A DNA stretch of 64,000 bases. Origin: an uncultured Chlorobiaceae bacterium. Its GTDB lineage: Bacteria; Bacteroidota; Ignavibacteria; UBA10030; SZUA-254. Position numbers and translations under genes: made by a program. The stretch lies in assembly GCA_964484465.1 (NCBI GenBank), contig CAZAFL010000002.1:2124-66123 (forward strand), in the 5' to 3' direction. The notes beneath the pieces were generated by a model. The model made no database searches. It was not told where the DNA came from and worked only from the letters and a program-made list of their open reading frames with translations. Numbering within the stretch: position 1 is the stretch's first letter; each line of letters starts with the position of its first letter. Of this stretch, positions 23,060-33,039 are shown in pieces.

Positions 23060-23533
23060 ATGAGAAAACCGATGTTGAGTAATTTAAAGTTTGCACCAGG
23101 GGCTCGTAAACGCGTGAAACGCATTGCACGTGGACAAGGATCCGGTCATGGTGGAACAGCTACCCGCGGTCACAAAGGCGAAGGTGCACGGTCGGGAACG
23201 CATTACCGTCCATGGTTCGAAGGCGGTCAGATGCCATTGATCCGTCGTGTTCCAAAACGCGGTTTTCATAGCCCGTTTAAAATTGTATATCAGGTTGTGA
23301 ACGTCGGTCTCCTTCAAAAGCTGGCGGTTGACGGTAAACTTTCAGATGGAAAAGTGAATCCGGAAGTATTATACAAAATTGGTTCCATTGCAAAGAAATC
23401 CGCTCCTGTTAAAATTTTAGGGGAAGGCGAATTGAAGTCGAAATTGGAAGTGAGCGTCCATTCTTTCAGTAAATCTGCAATGCAGAAAATAGAAGCCGCC
23501 GGCGGTAAAGCATCTATTATTCCTTCAATGTAA
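23060..23533 (+). CDS. rplO: 50S ribosomal protein L15
   Basis: 157 aa; Gly/Arg-rich N-terminus (RGQGSGHGGTATRGHKG) typical of L15. Confidence 0.93.
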   Translation: MRKPMLSNLKFAPGARKRVKRIARGQGSGHGGTATRGHKGEGARSGTHYRPWFEGGQMPLIRRVPKRGFHSPFKIVYQVVNVGLLQKLAVDGKLSDGKVNPEVLYKIGSIAKKSAPVKILGEGELKSKLEVSVHSFSKSAMQKIEAAGGKASIIPSM

Positions 23534-23536
23534 TCA

Positions 23537-24874
23537 ATGGCGAATCTTAGCGAGAGTTTTCGGAATATATTTAAGATCCAGGAATTACGCCAGCGGATAA
23601 CCTATACCGCTCTGCTGCTGGTCGTCATTCGGTTCGGTTCGCACGTGACGCTTCCCGGAGTTGATGCAAAAATCCTTGCTGAAGCAGTCCGGAACCAGTC
23701 TGCAAACACATTATTCGGACTGTACGATTTGTTTGTCGGCGGGGCATTCAGTAACGCGGCGATTTTTGCGCTGGGCGTCATGCCCTATATCAGTTCTTCA
23801 ATTATCATCCAGTTGCTGGGTGCGGTGATACCTTATTTCCAGAAATTGACGAAAGAGGGTGAAGAAGGAAGGAAGAAAATTACTCAATGGACGCGTTACG
23901 GAACCGTCTTTGTCTGTCTTTTGCAGGCATGGGGTGTGAGTGTTCAGCTTTCGAGCATGACGGCTGGCGGCGTTCCGATTATCCCGGCTGCGGTGCAGGG
24001 TTTTGGATTTCATCTTTCCACAATGATCGTATTGACCGCGGGAACAGTTTTTATCATGTGGCTGGGTGAACAGATCACAGAGCGTGGCATCGGCAACGGC
24101 ATTTCATTGATTATTTTTATCGGAATCGTTGCCCGGTTCCCGCACGCGGTGCTGGACGAATATCAGCTCGTGAGTTCAGGAGCGCGCGGATTAATCGTCG
24201 AGCTCATCATAATTGCCCTGATGGTGTTCATCGTTGCGGGCATTGTCCTTGTGACACAGGCGAGCCGGCGTATCCCGGTGCAATATGCAAAACGGGTCGT
24301 CGGGAGAAAGATCTATGGCGGCGTCACACAGTACATCCCGATGCGTATCAATACGGCGGGAGTAATGCCGATTATTTTTGCTCAATCGATTATGTTTATT
24401 CCGAATACTATCCTGACGTTTTTCCCGGACAGTGAAATGCTTCAGGATGTTTCCAAATATTTTAATTATACGTCGCTGACCTACTCGGTAATTTACGGTA
24501 TTATGATTATTTTCTTCACGTATTTTTATACTGCCGTAGCGTTTAATCCGAAAGATGTTGCGGAAACAATGCAGAAGCAGGGCGGATTCATCCCGGGTAT
24601 CCGTCCGGGGAAAAACACATCCGATTTTATCGACAATATTCTGACAAAAATTACATTACCGGGATCAGTCTTCCTTGCAATCATCGCCATTTTACCGACC
24701 TTCATGATTCGCATGGGAGTGACGTCAAGTTTTGCCAGTTTTTTTGGCGGTACAAGCCTGCTGATCGTTGTCGGTGTTGGACTGGACACTCTTCAACAGA
24801 TAGAATCGCACCTCCTGATGCGGCATTATGACGGGTTTATGAAGAGCGGCAAAATCAAAGGAAGAAGAATGTAG
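23537..24874 (+). CDS. secY: Preprotein translocase subunit SecY
   Basis: 445 aa, 10 predicted TM segments, conserved SecY motifs; position after rplO. Confidence 0.95.
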   Translation: MANLSESFRNIFKIQELRQRITYTALLLVVIRFGSHVTLPGVDAKILAEAVRNQSANTLFGLYDLFVGGAFSNAAIFALGVMPYISSSIIIQLLGAVIPYFQKLTKEGEEGRKKITQWTRYGTVFVCLLQAWGVSVQLSSMTAGGVPIIPAAVQGFGFHLSTMIVLTAGTVFIMWLGEQITERGIGNGISLIIFIGIVARFPHAVLDEYQLVSSGARGLIVELIIIALMVFIVAGIVLVTQASRRIPVQYAKRVVGRKIYGGVTQYIPMRINTAGVMPIIFAQSIMFIPNTILTFFPDSEMLQDVSKYFNYTSLTYSVIYGIMIIFFTYFYTAVAFNPKDVAETMQKQGGFIPGIRPGKNTSDFIDNILTKITLPGSVFLAIIAILPTFMIRMGVTSSFASFFGGTSLLIVVGVGLDTLQQIESHLLMRHYDGFMKSGKIKGRRM

Positions 24875-24918
24875 CGAGTACAATAGTAATGGTACTCGTC
24901 GAGGGATGTACGTAACAG

Positions 24919-25683
24919 ATGGCAAAAGCAACAATTAAGACGCCTCACGAAATAGCGTTGATGCGTGAGAGTTGCCGCATAGTAGCGGAAGTGTTACGAT
25001 TATTGAAAGACCATGTACGGCCAGGGGTCACGACGAGAGAGCTCGACAATATTGCAGAAGAGTATATTCGTTCTCGCGACGCCGAACCGGCCTTCAAAGG
25101 GTACGGAAGCGATAAAAGAAATTTATACCCCGCGACATTATGTGTGTCGATTGACGATGAAGTTGTCCACGGAATTCCCGGAAACCGTAAGTTGCGCGAG
25201 GGTGAAATTATTTCCATCGACGTTGGCGTAAAGAAAAACCAGTTTTTTGGTGATGGTGCCTGGACATTCCCGGTTGGTTCAGTACGGGAAGATAAAGACA
25301 GACTGATGGAAATCGCGGAACAAGCGTTGTATAAGGGAATTCAAAATGCGAAAGATGGAAACCATGTTCACGATATTTCTGCAGTTGTCCAGTCGACTGT
25401 CGAACGCGCAGGATTTTCTGTCGTGAGAGATTTAGTAGGTCATGGAGTTGGTCGTCAGTTGCATGAAGAACCTGCGGTTCCCAATTTTGGCACGGCGGGC
25501 ACAGGTGCTACACTGAAGAGAGGGATGACTCTGGCTATCGAGCCGATGGTCAATGAAGGGTCGTACCACGTGCGGGTTGATACGGATGGTTGGACAGTTC
25601 GAACAGCAGACGGGATGCCCTCTGCACATTTTGAACACACCATCCTTGTCACTGATAATAGTCCGGAAATACTCACTATCTGA
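24919..25683 (+). CDS. map: Type I methionine aminopeptidase
   Basis: 254 aa; metal-binding residues in conserved contexts (SIDDEVVHG, VGHGVGRQLHE, EHT); directly follows secY (no adk between). Confidence 0.93.
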   Translation: MAKATIKTPHEIALMRESCRIVAEVLRLLKDHVRPGVTTRELDNIAEEYIRSRDAEPAFKGYGSDKRNLYPATLCVSIDDEVVHGIPGNRKLREGEIISIDVGVKKNQFFGDGAWTFPVGSVREDKDRLMEIAEQALYKGIQNAKDGNHVHDISAVVQSTVERAGFSVVRDLVGHGVGRQLHEEPAVPNFGTAGTGATLKRGMTLAIEPMVNEGSYHVRVDTDGWTVRTADGMPSAHFEHTILVTDNSPEILTI

Positions 25684-25691
25684 TAGTTTGA

Positions 25692-25910
25692 ATGGCAAAG
25701 CAGGGACCGATTAGCATGGACGGTGTAATCACCGACACATTACCAAATGCAATGTTTCGTGTGAAACTCGATAACGGACATGAGATCCTCGCGGTGATTT
25801 CTGGAAAGATGCGCATGAATTATATCAAAATACTGGTTGGAGACAAAGTGACGATAGAGATGTCCCCCTACGATCTGACTAAAGGTCGCATTACGTATCG
25901 ATACAAATAA
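25692..25910 (+). CDS. infA: Translation initiation factor IF-1
   Basis: 72 aa; [35 protein letters not shown]1-like OB fold, near-identical to IF-1 across bacteria. Confidence 0.95.
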   Translation: MAKQGPISMDGVITDTLPNAMFRVKLDNGHEILAVISGKMRMNYIKILVGDKVTIEMSPYDLTKGRITYRYK

Positions 25911-25921
25911 GAGGGCTGAGC

Positions 25922-26035
25922 ATGAAAGTTCGTTCATCAGTTAAAAAATTGTGTGAGAATTGTAAGATTATCCGACGGAAAGGGGTTGTTCGTGTTATCT
26001 GCAAAAACCCCAAGCATAAACAACGTCAGGGATAA
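25922..26035 (+). CDS. rpmJ: 50S ribosomal protein L36 (zinc-binding form)
   Basis: Not in ORF track (<60 aa). ATG 25922 after GAGGG SD; translation [37 protein letters not shown], 37 aa, C-C-C-H zinc ribbon; canonical position between infA and rpsM. Confidence 0.9.
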   Translation: MKVRSSVKKLCENCKIIRRKGVVRVICKNPKHKQRQG

Positions 26036-26076
26036 TATTGTATTCTATGAGTTTATTTAGGAAAGGATTGTAACAC

Positions 26077-26460
26077 GTGGCGCGTATTGCCGGTATTGAC
26101 CTGCCAAAGAACAAAAGAGCAGAAATAGGATTAACCTATATTTTCGGCCTCGGAAGAAGTAGTGCAAAGAACATTCTTCGTGAGGCAGGAATTGATTTCA
26201 ACAAACGTATCAGTGAATTAAATGACGATGAAGTTGCAAAGATACGCTCTATCATCACCGCTGATTACAAAGTAGAAGGTGCTCTGCGCAGCGAGGTGCA
26301 AACAAATATTAAGCGATTAATGGATATCAATTGTTACCGGGGGTTACGTCACCGTAAAGGGCTGCCTGTACGAGGCCAACGAACGCGGACAAATGCCCGT
26401 ACCCGAAAAGGAAAACGTAAAACTGTAGCCGGCAAGAAGAAGGTCTTAGCCAAGAAATAA
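26077..26460 (+). CDS. rpsM: 30S ribosomal protein S13
   Basis: 127 aa, GTG start; [14 protein letters not shown] conserved S13. Confidence 0.95.
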   Translation: MARIAGIDLPKNKRAEIGLTYIFGLGRSSAKNILREAGIDFNKRISELNDDEVAKIRSIITADYKVEGALRSEVQTNIKRLMDINCYRGLRHRKGLPVRGQRTRTNARTRKGKRKTVAGKKKVLAKK

Positions 26461-26483
26461 CCAGATACTACACTGAGAGCAAC

Positions 26484-26897
26484 ATGACAAAACAACCACA
26501 AGCGACGACACAGCAAGTCGGAGCGCCGAAAAAGAAAAAGAAAATCCAGGTCGACGTCACCGGAAAGGTGTTTATCAAAGCGACCTTTAACAATGTCATT
26601 GTTACCATCACCGATGTCTATGGTAATGTCATCAGCTGGTCTTCTGCTGGGCGCAATCAGTTCAAGGGTTCCCGAAAGAACACGCCGTTCGCGGCGCAAG
26701 TGACCGCTGAAGCAGCTGCAAAGGAAGCATTCGATCTTGGTTTGCGGAAGGTGGATGTCTTTGTAAAGGGTCCTGGTTCAGGCCGAGAAGCCGGAGTTCG
26801 ATCGCTGCAGACAGTCGGACTGGAGGTTCTTAGCATCAGGGACATTACGCCTATCCCGCACAATGGCTGCCGTCCCCCCAAACGACGGAGAGTTTGA
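26484..26897 (+). CDS. rpsK: 30S ribosomal protein S11
   Basis: 137 aa; [12 protein letters not shown]...[11 protein letters not shown] conserved S11. Confidence 0.95.
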   Translation: MTKQPQATTQQVGAPKKKKKIQVDVTGKVFIKATFNNVIVTITDVYGNVISWSSAGRNQFKGSRKNTPFAAQVTAEAAAKEAFDLGLRKVDVFVKGPGSGREAGVRSLQTVGLEVLSIRDITPIPHNGCRPPKRRRV

Positions 26898-26941
26898 TTT
26901 TTTGAAATGTCACATGAGCAGCAGTTTAACTAAAGGAGAGT

Positions 26942-27571
26942 ATGGGCAGATATATTGAAGCAAGTTGCAGATTGTGCCGAAGAGAAAAGCAAAAGCTCTT
27001 TCTCAAAGGTACAAAATGTTTCACGGAAAAATGTCCTGTTGAGCGGCGGGGATACCCGCCGGGACAGCACGGTCAGGCACGCCGGCAAAAGATTTCCGAA
27101 TACGGTGTACAGCTTCGGGAAAAGCAGAAAATCCGCCGAATGTATGGACTGATGGAAGAACAATTCCGTAATTATTTTGAAAAAGCTTTACGTCAGACCG
27201 GCCGTACAGGCGAAACACTCGTTAAAATGCTCGAGTGCCGCCTCGATAATGTCGTCTATCGGCTGGGATTTGCTCCATCGCGCAAGGCGGCCCGTCAATT
27301 GGTGGGTCACGGACATCTTCTGGTAAATGACAAGAGCGTGAATGTCCCATCGTACCTGGTCAGACCAGGTGATATTATCAGGGTGAGGGAAAAAAGCAAA
27401 AAACTTGATGTCATACATGCCTCGATGAAGCGTATGAAGGACAGCGCCATGCTGCCGTGGCTGAGCCTTGATAAGGCGGGGATGGTGGGTACTTTTCTGA
27501 GCGTTCCGGAACGTGCCGATGTTCCGTTGAATGCGAATGAACAACTTATCGTTGAACTCTATTCTAAATAA
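26942..27571 (+). CDS. rpsD: 30S ribosomal protein S4 (N-terminal Cys4 zinc finger form)
   Basis: 209 aa; CRLCRRE...C..KC zinc finger, S4 RNA-binding domain. Confidence 0.95.
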   Translation: MGRYIEASCRLCRREKQKLFLKGTKCFTEKCPVERRGYPPGQHGQARRQKISEYGVQLREKQKIRRMYGLMEEQFRNYFEKALRQTGRTGETLVKMLECRLDNVVYRLGFAPSRKAARQLVGHGHLLVNDKSVNVPSYLVRPGDIIRVREKSKKLDVIHASMKRMKDSAMLPWLSLDKAGMVGTFLSVPERADVPLNANEQLIVELYSK

Positions 27572-27640
27572 TAAATGATCCACGTTTTAAATGGTTCATC
27601 CTCCAAAGTATTCGATTTAGGAATTCGGGAGAAAGGAATT

Positions 27641-28630
27641 ATGGTAACGACAACTTTTCAGATGCCGGAGAAAGTTCAGCTCGACGAGGGAACATATTCG
27701 AACACATTCGGCCGGTTTATTTTACAACCCCTTGAAAAAGGATTTGGGGTAACACTCGGAAATGCTTTCCGGAGGGTGCTGCTTTCTTCACTGACCGGTA
27801 CGGCGTTTACTGCGCTGAAAATCGAAGGCGTGCTGCATGAATTCTCGACCGTTCCTGGACTGGTTGAAGACGTCGCCGAGATTATTTTAAATCTCAAATC
27901 GGTCCGGATGAAACCGCTCAACAAAAAGGTCAATAAAGTAGTTGTCCAGCTCAAGGGACCAAAGGAATTCACAGCTGCCGATATTCAAAAGGCGAGCCCG
28001 GAGGTGGAAATTCTTAACCCAAACCAGCATATCGCCACGCTGAACGCCGGAGCCGCGCTTGAAATAGAGTTGCGTCTCGGACGGGGAAAAGGTTATGTGC
28101 TTGCCGAAGAGAACAAAGCTTCTGACCAGACAGTAGGGGTTATCCCTATCGATAGTATTTTCACGCCCGTGAAGAATGTCCGCTATTTTGTGGAAACAAC
28201 GCGTGTCGGGCAACAGACAGATTTCGAGAAACTTCTCCTTGAGATAGAGACCGATGGGTCTATCGGACCCGATGACGCGCTCGCCCAGGCGGGGAAAATT
28301 CTTCGCGACCATATCCAGTTGTTCTTAAGTTTCGATGTCGAAACTGAGGCTGCTGAGGAAATGATGGAAAAGGATTCCGAGTTCGCCCGCATTCGTAAGA
28401 TATTGGAGATGAATGTGGACGAGCTGGAGTTGTCTGTCCGCTCCCATAATTGTTTGCGGGCTGCAAATATCAAGACGATTGCCGACCTTGTTCGACGGGA
28501 CGAGCCGGAGCTGTTGAAATTCAGGAATTTCGGGCGAAAATCTCTCGCCGAACTTTCCGAAATTATAGAACAATTCGGACTCTCGTTCGGCATGGATGTC
28601 GATAAATATTTGGATGATAGAAACGACTAA
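27641..28630 (+). CDS. rpoA: DNA-directed RNA polymerase subunit alpha
   Basis: ORF track start 27575 abuts rpsD stop; ATG 27641 with GAGAAAGGAA SD gives MVTTTFQMPEKVQLDEG..., alpha NTD then CTD (SVRSHNCLRAANIKTIADLV); 329 aa. Confidence 0.92.
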   Translation: MVTTTFQMPEKVQLDEGTYSNTFGRFILQPLEKGFGVTLGNAFRRVLLSSLTGTAFTALKIEGVLHEFSTVPGLVEDVAEIILNLKSVRMKPLNKKVNKVVVQLKGPKEFTAADIQKASPEVEILNPNQHIATLNAGAALEIELRLGRGKGYVLAEENKASDQTVGVIPIDSIFTPVKNVRYFVETTRVGQQTDFEKLLLEIETDGSIGPDDALAQAGKILRDHIQLFLSFDVETEAAEEMMEKDSEFARIRKILEMNVDELELSVRSHNCLRAANIKTIADLVRRDEPELLKFRNFGRKSLAELSEIIEQFGLSFGMDVDKYLDDRND

Positions 28631-28653
28631 CCATTTGTTGAAGAGGTAAAACG

Positions 28654-29133
28654 ATGCGTCACAGAAAATCCGGAAGAAAACTCAAGCGTACGGCAAGTCA
28701 CCGCAAAGCGACGCTCATTGCTCTCTGCACGGGGCTCCTGAGAAATAAGAGGATCCGTACGACAGTTGCAAAGGCAAAAGAGACGCGTATGGTTGTTGAA
28801 AAATTAATTACACGTGCAAAAAATGCTGCGGCCGAGAAGGAAAAAGCGACAAATATCCATGCCCGCAGACAAGTAGCGCGGTATATCAAAGACCGTGAGG
28901 TTGTAAAAGAACTCTTTAATGAAATTGCTCAGAAAGTCGCGAACAGGCCCGGCGGTTATACGCGTGTTATCAAGCTTGGACAACGTTCCGGTGACGGTGC
29001 TGAAGTTGCACTCCTTGAATTGGTAGACTATAACACCGGACAAGAGGCTGCGAAGGCAACGCCCAAAGGCGGTAAGGGTAGGAAAGTCAAAGAAAAAAAG
29101 AAAGAGGCAGCGGCAGAAGCTAAAAAAGATTAA
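28654..29133 (+). CDS. rplQ: 50S ribosomal protein L17 (Lys/Glu/Ala-rich C-terminal extension)
   Basis: 159 aa; MRHRKSGRKLKRTASHRKA conserved L17 N-terminus; terminal gene of alpha operon. Confidence 0.94.
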   Translation: MRHRKSGRKLKRTASHRKATLIALCTGLLRNKRIRTTVAKAKETRMVVEKLITRAKNAAAEKEKATNIHARRQVARYIKDREVVKELFNEIAQKVANRPGGYTRVIKLGQRSGDGAEVALLELVDYNTGQEAAKATPKGGKGRKVKEKKKEAAAEAKKD

Positions 29134-29154
29134 CAGGTCGGACATCATGAGACC

Positions 29155-29192
29155 GAAAGGCTCCCAGTTCGTGGGAGCCTTTTTTGTTTTTA
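29155..29192 (+). terminator. Rho-independent terminator ending the ribosomal supercluster
   Basis: GGCTCCCA-gttcg-TGGGAGCC perfect 8-bp GC-rich stem followed by TTTTTTGTTTTT, 25 nt after rplQ stop. Confidence 0.8.
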
Positions 29193-29360
29193 TCGGTCAG
29201 CTGACGAGATCGATCTACAATCGCAGTTATTCTGCAGAAATAGGCCTATGCCATACGATGACAGTGTTTGTTTCTCCTTCCTAAAATATGTATCTTTATT
29301 TCGTTTTACTGCATATTTCCGGGAAATAACACTTCCTGTGATCATCTATAATTTTGAAGA

Positions 29361-31883
29361 ATGACTTATCCGTTTTCAGACATTGAGCAGAAGTGGCAAA
29401 AGTATTGGGAAGATCATCATACTTTTCAAGTATCCGAGCATCCTTCAAAGCAAAAGCTCTATATTCTCGACATGTATCCGTATCCTTCCGGGGCCGGACT
29501 GCATGTCGGTCATCCTGAGGGGTATACTGCAACTGATATCTATAGTCGGTATAAACGGATGTGCGGGTTTAATATCCTTCATCCGATGGGGTGGGATGCG
29601 TTCGGCCTCCCCGCTGAACGATACGCCATGCAAACAGGAATCCATCCGGCAATTACAACTCGGGAAAATGTTGCGACATTTAAACGGCAAATTAAAATGT
29701 TAGGACTTTCATATGATTGGTCCCGTGAAATCGATACAACTGACCCGAAATACTACAAGTGGACACAGTGGATTTTCCTGAAGCTGTTTAACTCCTGGTA
29801 TGACACGAAACATGACAGGGCAAGGCCGGTTTCAGAATTACCGGTTCCAGCCGGATTAAATGAAAAACAGAAATACGAATATTATGCAAAATTCCGACTG
29901 GCATATCTCGCCGAAATGCCGGTCAATTGGTCTGCCCAGCTCGGCACCGTCCTGGCGAACGAGGAGGTAGATGAATGGGTAGAAAAAGGATATACGGTCG
30001 AGAGACGCATGATGAGACAATGGATGCTCCGCATTACAGCATACGCAGAACGTCTCGAACAGGATTTGACGGAACTTCAATGGCCGGCGGGAATTATTGA
30101 AATGCAGCGTAACTGGATCGGGCGTTCTGAGGGAGCTGAGGCGGATTTCACAATACAGAACTCGGCAAAAGCCATCCGGATATTTACTACCAGACCCGAT
30201 ACGATGTTTGGGGCAACATACATGGTTCTCGCACCCGAACATCCTCTTGTGAACGACGTAACCTCTCCGCAACAGAAAAATGTTGTAGAAACTTACAGGG
30301 AGCAGGCGAAATTCAAAAGTGAACTTGAACGAACTGCCCTTGATAAAGAAAAAACTGGAGTGTTTACGGGCGGTTTCGCGATTAACCCTGCAACAAAAAA
30401 AGAAATTCCAATCTGGGTCGCAGATTATGTGATTCTCACGTATGGAACAGGCGCGATCATGGCAGTTCCCGGTCATGATGAGCGCGATTACGAATTTGCA
30501 AAGAAGTACAAACTCCCTGTCGTCGAAGTAGTAAAAGGGGAAAGCGACGCTAATACCCCCTACACCGGAGAAGGATCTGCAATTAATTCATCGAATGATG
30601 AGATTTCTCTTAACGGTCTGGTAACTTCTCGAGCTAAAGCAACGATTATCAGCTGGCTTACCCAAAAAGGGCTCGGGAGACAGGCCGTCAATTATAAATT
30701 ACGCGATTGGCTCTTTTCACGACAGCGTTATTGGGGAGAGCCTTTTCCACTCATTTATCTTGAAGATGGAACTGTCAAAGCTCTTGCTGAAACGCAATTG
30801 CCGGTCATTTTGCCAGAGGTAGAATCCTATAAACCGGCAGGTACAGGTGAATCAGTGCTGGCATCTGCTGAATCATGGATCAACACTAAAGACCCGGAAA
30901 CGGGCAGGCCCGCACGACGTGAAGTACATACAATGCCACAATGGGCAGGCTCATGCTGGTATTATCTTCGTTACCTCGACCCCCACAACGATAGGGAGTT
31001 CGCATCTAAAGAAAAAGAGCGATACTGGATGCCAGTAGATTTATATGTTGGTGGAGCGGAACACGCTGTTCTTCATCTTCTGTACGCAAGATTCTGGCAC
31101 AAAGTGTTGTATGACCTGGGCTATGTCTCTACGAAAGAACCATTTGCAAGGCTGGTTAACCAGGGTCTTATTCTCGGTGAAAACGGACAGAAGATGTCCA
31201 AATCGCTTGGAAATGTTGTAAACCCTGATGATGTCGTTAAGGAATTTGGGGCTGATTCTCTTCGATTGTTTGAAATGTTCATGGGACCGCTTGAGGATAC
31301 CAAGCCCTGGTCGACCCGGGGTGTTGAAGGTGTCCATCGTTTTCTAAACCGGGTCTGGAGGATGATTGTTGAAGAAGACGGGTCCCTTCAATCATCGATT
31401 AACGATGTGCCGTTGACACAGGAGCAGGACCGCCTTTTGCATCAGACAATAAAAAAAGTAACGAGTGATATCCAGTCATTAAGCTTCAACACTGCTATTT
31501 CTCAAATGATGATTTTCGTGAACGGGTTCCTGAATGCGGAACCCAAACCCCGCAGGGCAATGGAGACATTTGTGTTGCTCCTTTCTCCTTTCGCCCCGCA
31601 TATTGCCGAGGACCTTTGGGAAAAGCTCGGTCATCAGACATCGCTTGCGTATGAGTCATTCCCCAAGTATGATGATGCAAAGGCGGCGGTAGATATAATC
31701 GAATTGGTTGTTCAGGTGAACGGAAAAGTGCGGACGAAATTTCCCGTGCCTCTCGACATGGATGAGGAAAAATTAAAAAAGAAAGTTCTTGAAGATGACA
31801 ACATTCAGCGTTATCTCGATGGAAAACGGGTGGTTAAGATTGTCGTGGTGAAGAATAAACTTGTCAGTCTCGTCGTTCAATGA
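29361..31883 (+). CDS. leuS: Leucine--tRNA ligase
   Basis: 840 aa; class I HIGH (HVGHPEGY) and KMSKS (QKMSKSLGN) motifs, CP1 editing domain, leucyl-specific N-terminus [16 protein letters not shown]. Confidence 0.95.
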   Translation: MTYPFSDIEQKWQKYWEDHHTFQVSEHPSKQKLYILDMYPYPSGAGLHVGHPEGYTATDIYSRYKRMCGFNILHPMGWDAFGLPAERYAMQTGIHPAITTRENVATFKRQIKMLGLSYDWSREIDTTDPKYYKWTQWIFLKLFNSWYDTKHDRARPVSELPVPAGLNEKQKYEYYAKFRLAYLAEMPVNWSAQLGTVLANEEVDEWVEKGYTVERRMMRQWMLRITAYAERLEQDLTELQWPAGIIEMQRNWIGRSEGAEADFTIQNSAKAIRIFTTRPDTMFGATYMVLAPEHPLVNDVTSPQQKNVVETYREQAKFKSELERTALDKEKTGVFTGGFAINPATKKEIPIWVADYVILTYGTGAIMAVPGHDERDYEFAKKYKLPVVEVVKGESDANTPYTGEGSAINSSNDEISLNGLVTSRAKATIISWLTQKGLGRQAVNYKLRDWLFSRQRYWGEPFPLIYLEDGTVKALAETQLPVILPEVESYKPAGTGESVLASAESWINTKDPETGRPARREVHTMPQWAGSCWYYLRYLDPHNDREFASKEKERYWMPVDLYVGGAEHAVLHLLYARFWHKVLYDLGYVSTKEPFARLVNQGLILGENGQKMSKSLGNVVNPDDVVKEFGADSLRLFEMFMGPLEDTKPWSTRGVEGVHRFLNRVWRMIVEEDGSLQSSINDVPLTQEQDRLLHQTIKKVTSDIQSLSFNTAISQMMIFVNGFLNAEPKPRRAMETFVLLLSPFAPHIAEDLWEKLGHQTSLAYESFPKYDDAKAAVDIIELVVQVNGKVRTKFPVPLDMDEEKLKKKVLEDDNIQRYLDGKRVVKIVVVKNKLVSLVVQ

Positions 31884-32149
31884 CATTAGAACAACATATT
31901 TCCGAAATGAACGACCGGACATCGTCACGGGTATCCGAGATGCAGAAGCAAGGATCATTACCTGAGGTCAGATGGGCAATGGTCATGTTGAGCCTGCCTT
32001 TTCATTTTATTAAGAAATATATAGTTGAGGGAACGTGGAAGCAGGGGTACCTTGGTTTTACAAATGCGGTTTTGAGTGTCATCGATGTACTTGCTCTACA
32101 CGCTAAGATATGGGAGGGGAATTTGCACAAGCGTGAAGAGAAGAGGTGA
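31880..32149 (+). CDS. Hypothetical small protein (89 aa), start overlaps leuS stop (ATGA)
   Basis: ORF only; one hydrophobic segment ([13 protein letters not shown]); no recognisable family. Could be non-coding. Confidence 0.3.
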   Translation: MTLEQHISEMNDRTSSRVSEMQKQGSLPEVRWAMVMLSLPFHFIKKYIVEGTWKQGYLGFTNAVLSVIDVLALHAKIWEGNLHKREEKR

Positions 32150-32199
32150 CCGGTTGCGATGGCCGGCGACTGTGCTAATGAACGTTCAATTCGATTCCG

Positions 32200-33000
32200 A
32201 TGAAACCCGGTGTTTCAGTTTTTATTCCTGTCTATCAGGATATTCGCACATTAGCTCTCTCCTTAACCGGTCTTGAAAATCAGTCATTTAAGGATTTCGA
32301 AGTTGTTATCGGTGACGACGGCTCCGGCCCGGAAATGAAAAAATTTATTCAGGGCTACCGTCCGTCATTTTCTGTTAAATACGTCTGGCATCCCGACGAA
32401 GGTTTCCGCAGAAGTAAAATACTCAACACTGCGTTCAAGGAAGGTGCCGCCGCCTATTGCATTTTCATGGACGCAGATTGCATTCCTCATCATCATTTTG
32501 TCAGTGATCATATGCAGTACCGCAGTGCCATGACTGTGCTCTGCGGCAGGCGGATAAATTTTGGGGAGAGGGTTTCCCGTTCTCTTTCAATCGATGATGT
32601 ACGTTCGCGGCGTCATGAAAACATTACCATTGATTTAGTAAAAGACATTCTAGCGGGAAAAACAATTAACTGGGAAGAGAGCCTTCGCGTTCCGTTTCTG
32701 CGTTTCATTCACTGGAAATTACCGACACTCCTCGGCAGCAATTTTTCCCTGGACCGGACACTATTCGAGACAGTGAACGGATTTAATGAGGATTATGTGG
32801 GATACGGCATGGAAGACAGTGAACTGGCGTTACGGTTTCAGCTTGCAGGTGCAAAACTCAAATTATTGCGTCATGTTGCAATTCAGTATCACCTGTATCA
32901 CGAGGCACGGGGTGAATCCTCTGAGAACAAAGCAAAATATGAAAAGAGTATGTCATCGAAGGATATTATGTGCCGGAACGGCCTTAAGAAATTAAGTTAA
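32200..33000 (+). CDS. Family 2 glycosyltransferase
   Basis: 266 aa; N-terminal VSVFIPVYQD...VVIGDDGS and DADCIP motifs typical of GT-A/GT2. Confidence 0.85.
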   Translation: MKPGVSVFIPVYQDIRTLALSLTGLENQSFKDFEVVIGDDGSGPEMKKFIQGYRPSFSVKYVWHPDEGFRRSKILNTAFKEGAAAYCIFMDADCIPHHHFVSDHMQYRSAMTVLCGRRINFGERVSRSLSIDDVRSRRHENITIDLVKDILAGKTINWEESLRVPFLRFIHWKLPTLLGSNFSLDRTLFETVNGFNEDYVGYGMEDSELALRFQLAGAKLKLLRHVAIQYHLYHEARGESSENKAKYEKSMSSKDIMCRNGLKKLS

Positions 33001-33039
33001 ACGCTGATTGTCATTGGACCATTTCCATAATAAGATGAC

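Noticed and set aside
24875-24918. Absence of adk between secY and map
   Set aside because: secY-map adjacency without adk is the normal arrangement in several phyla (for example Bacteroidota/Chlorobiota relatives); it is not a deletion signal.
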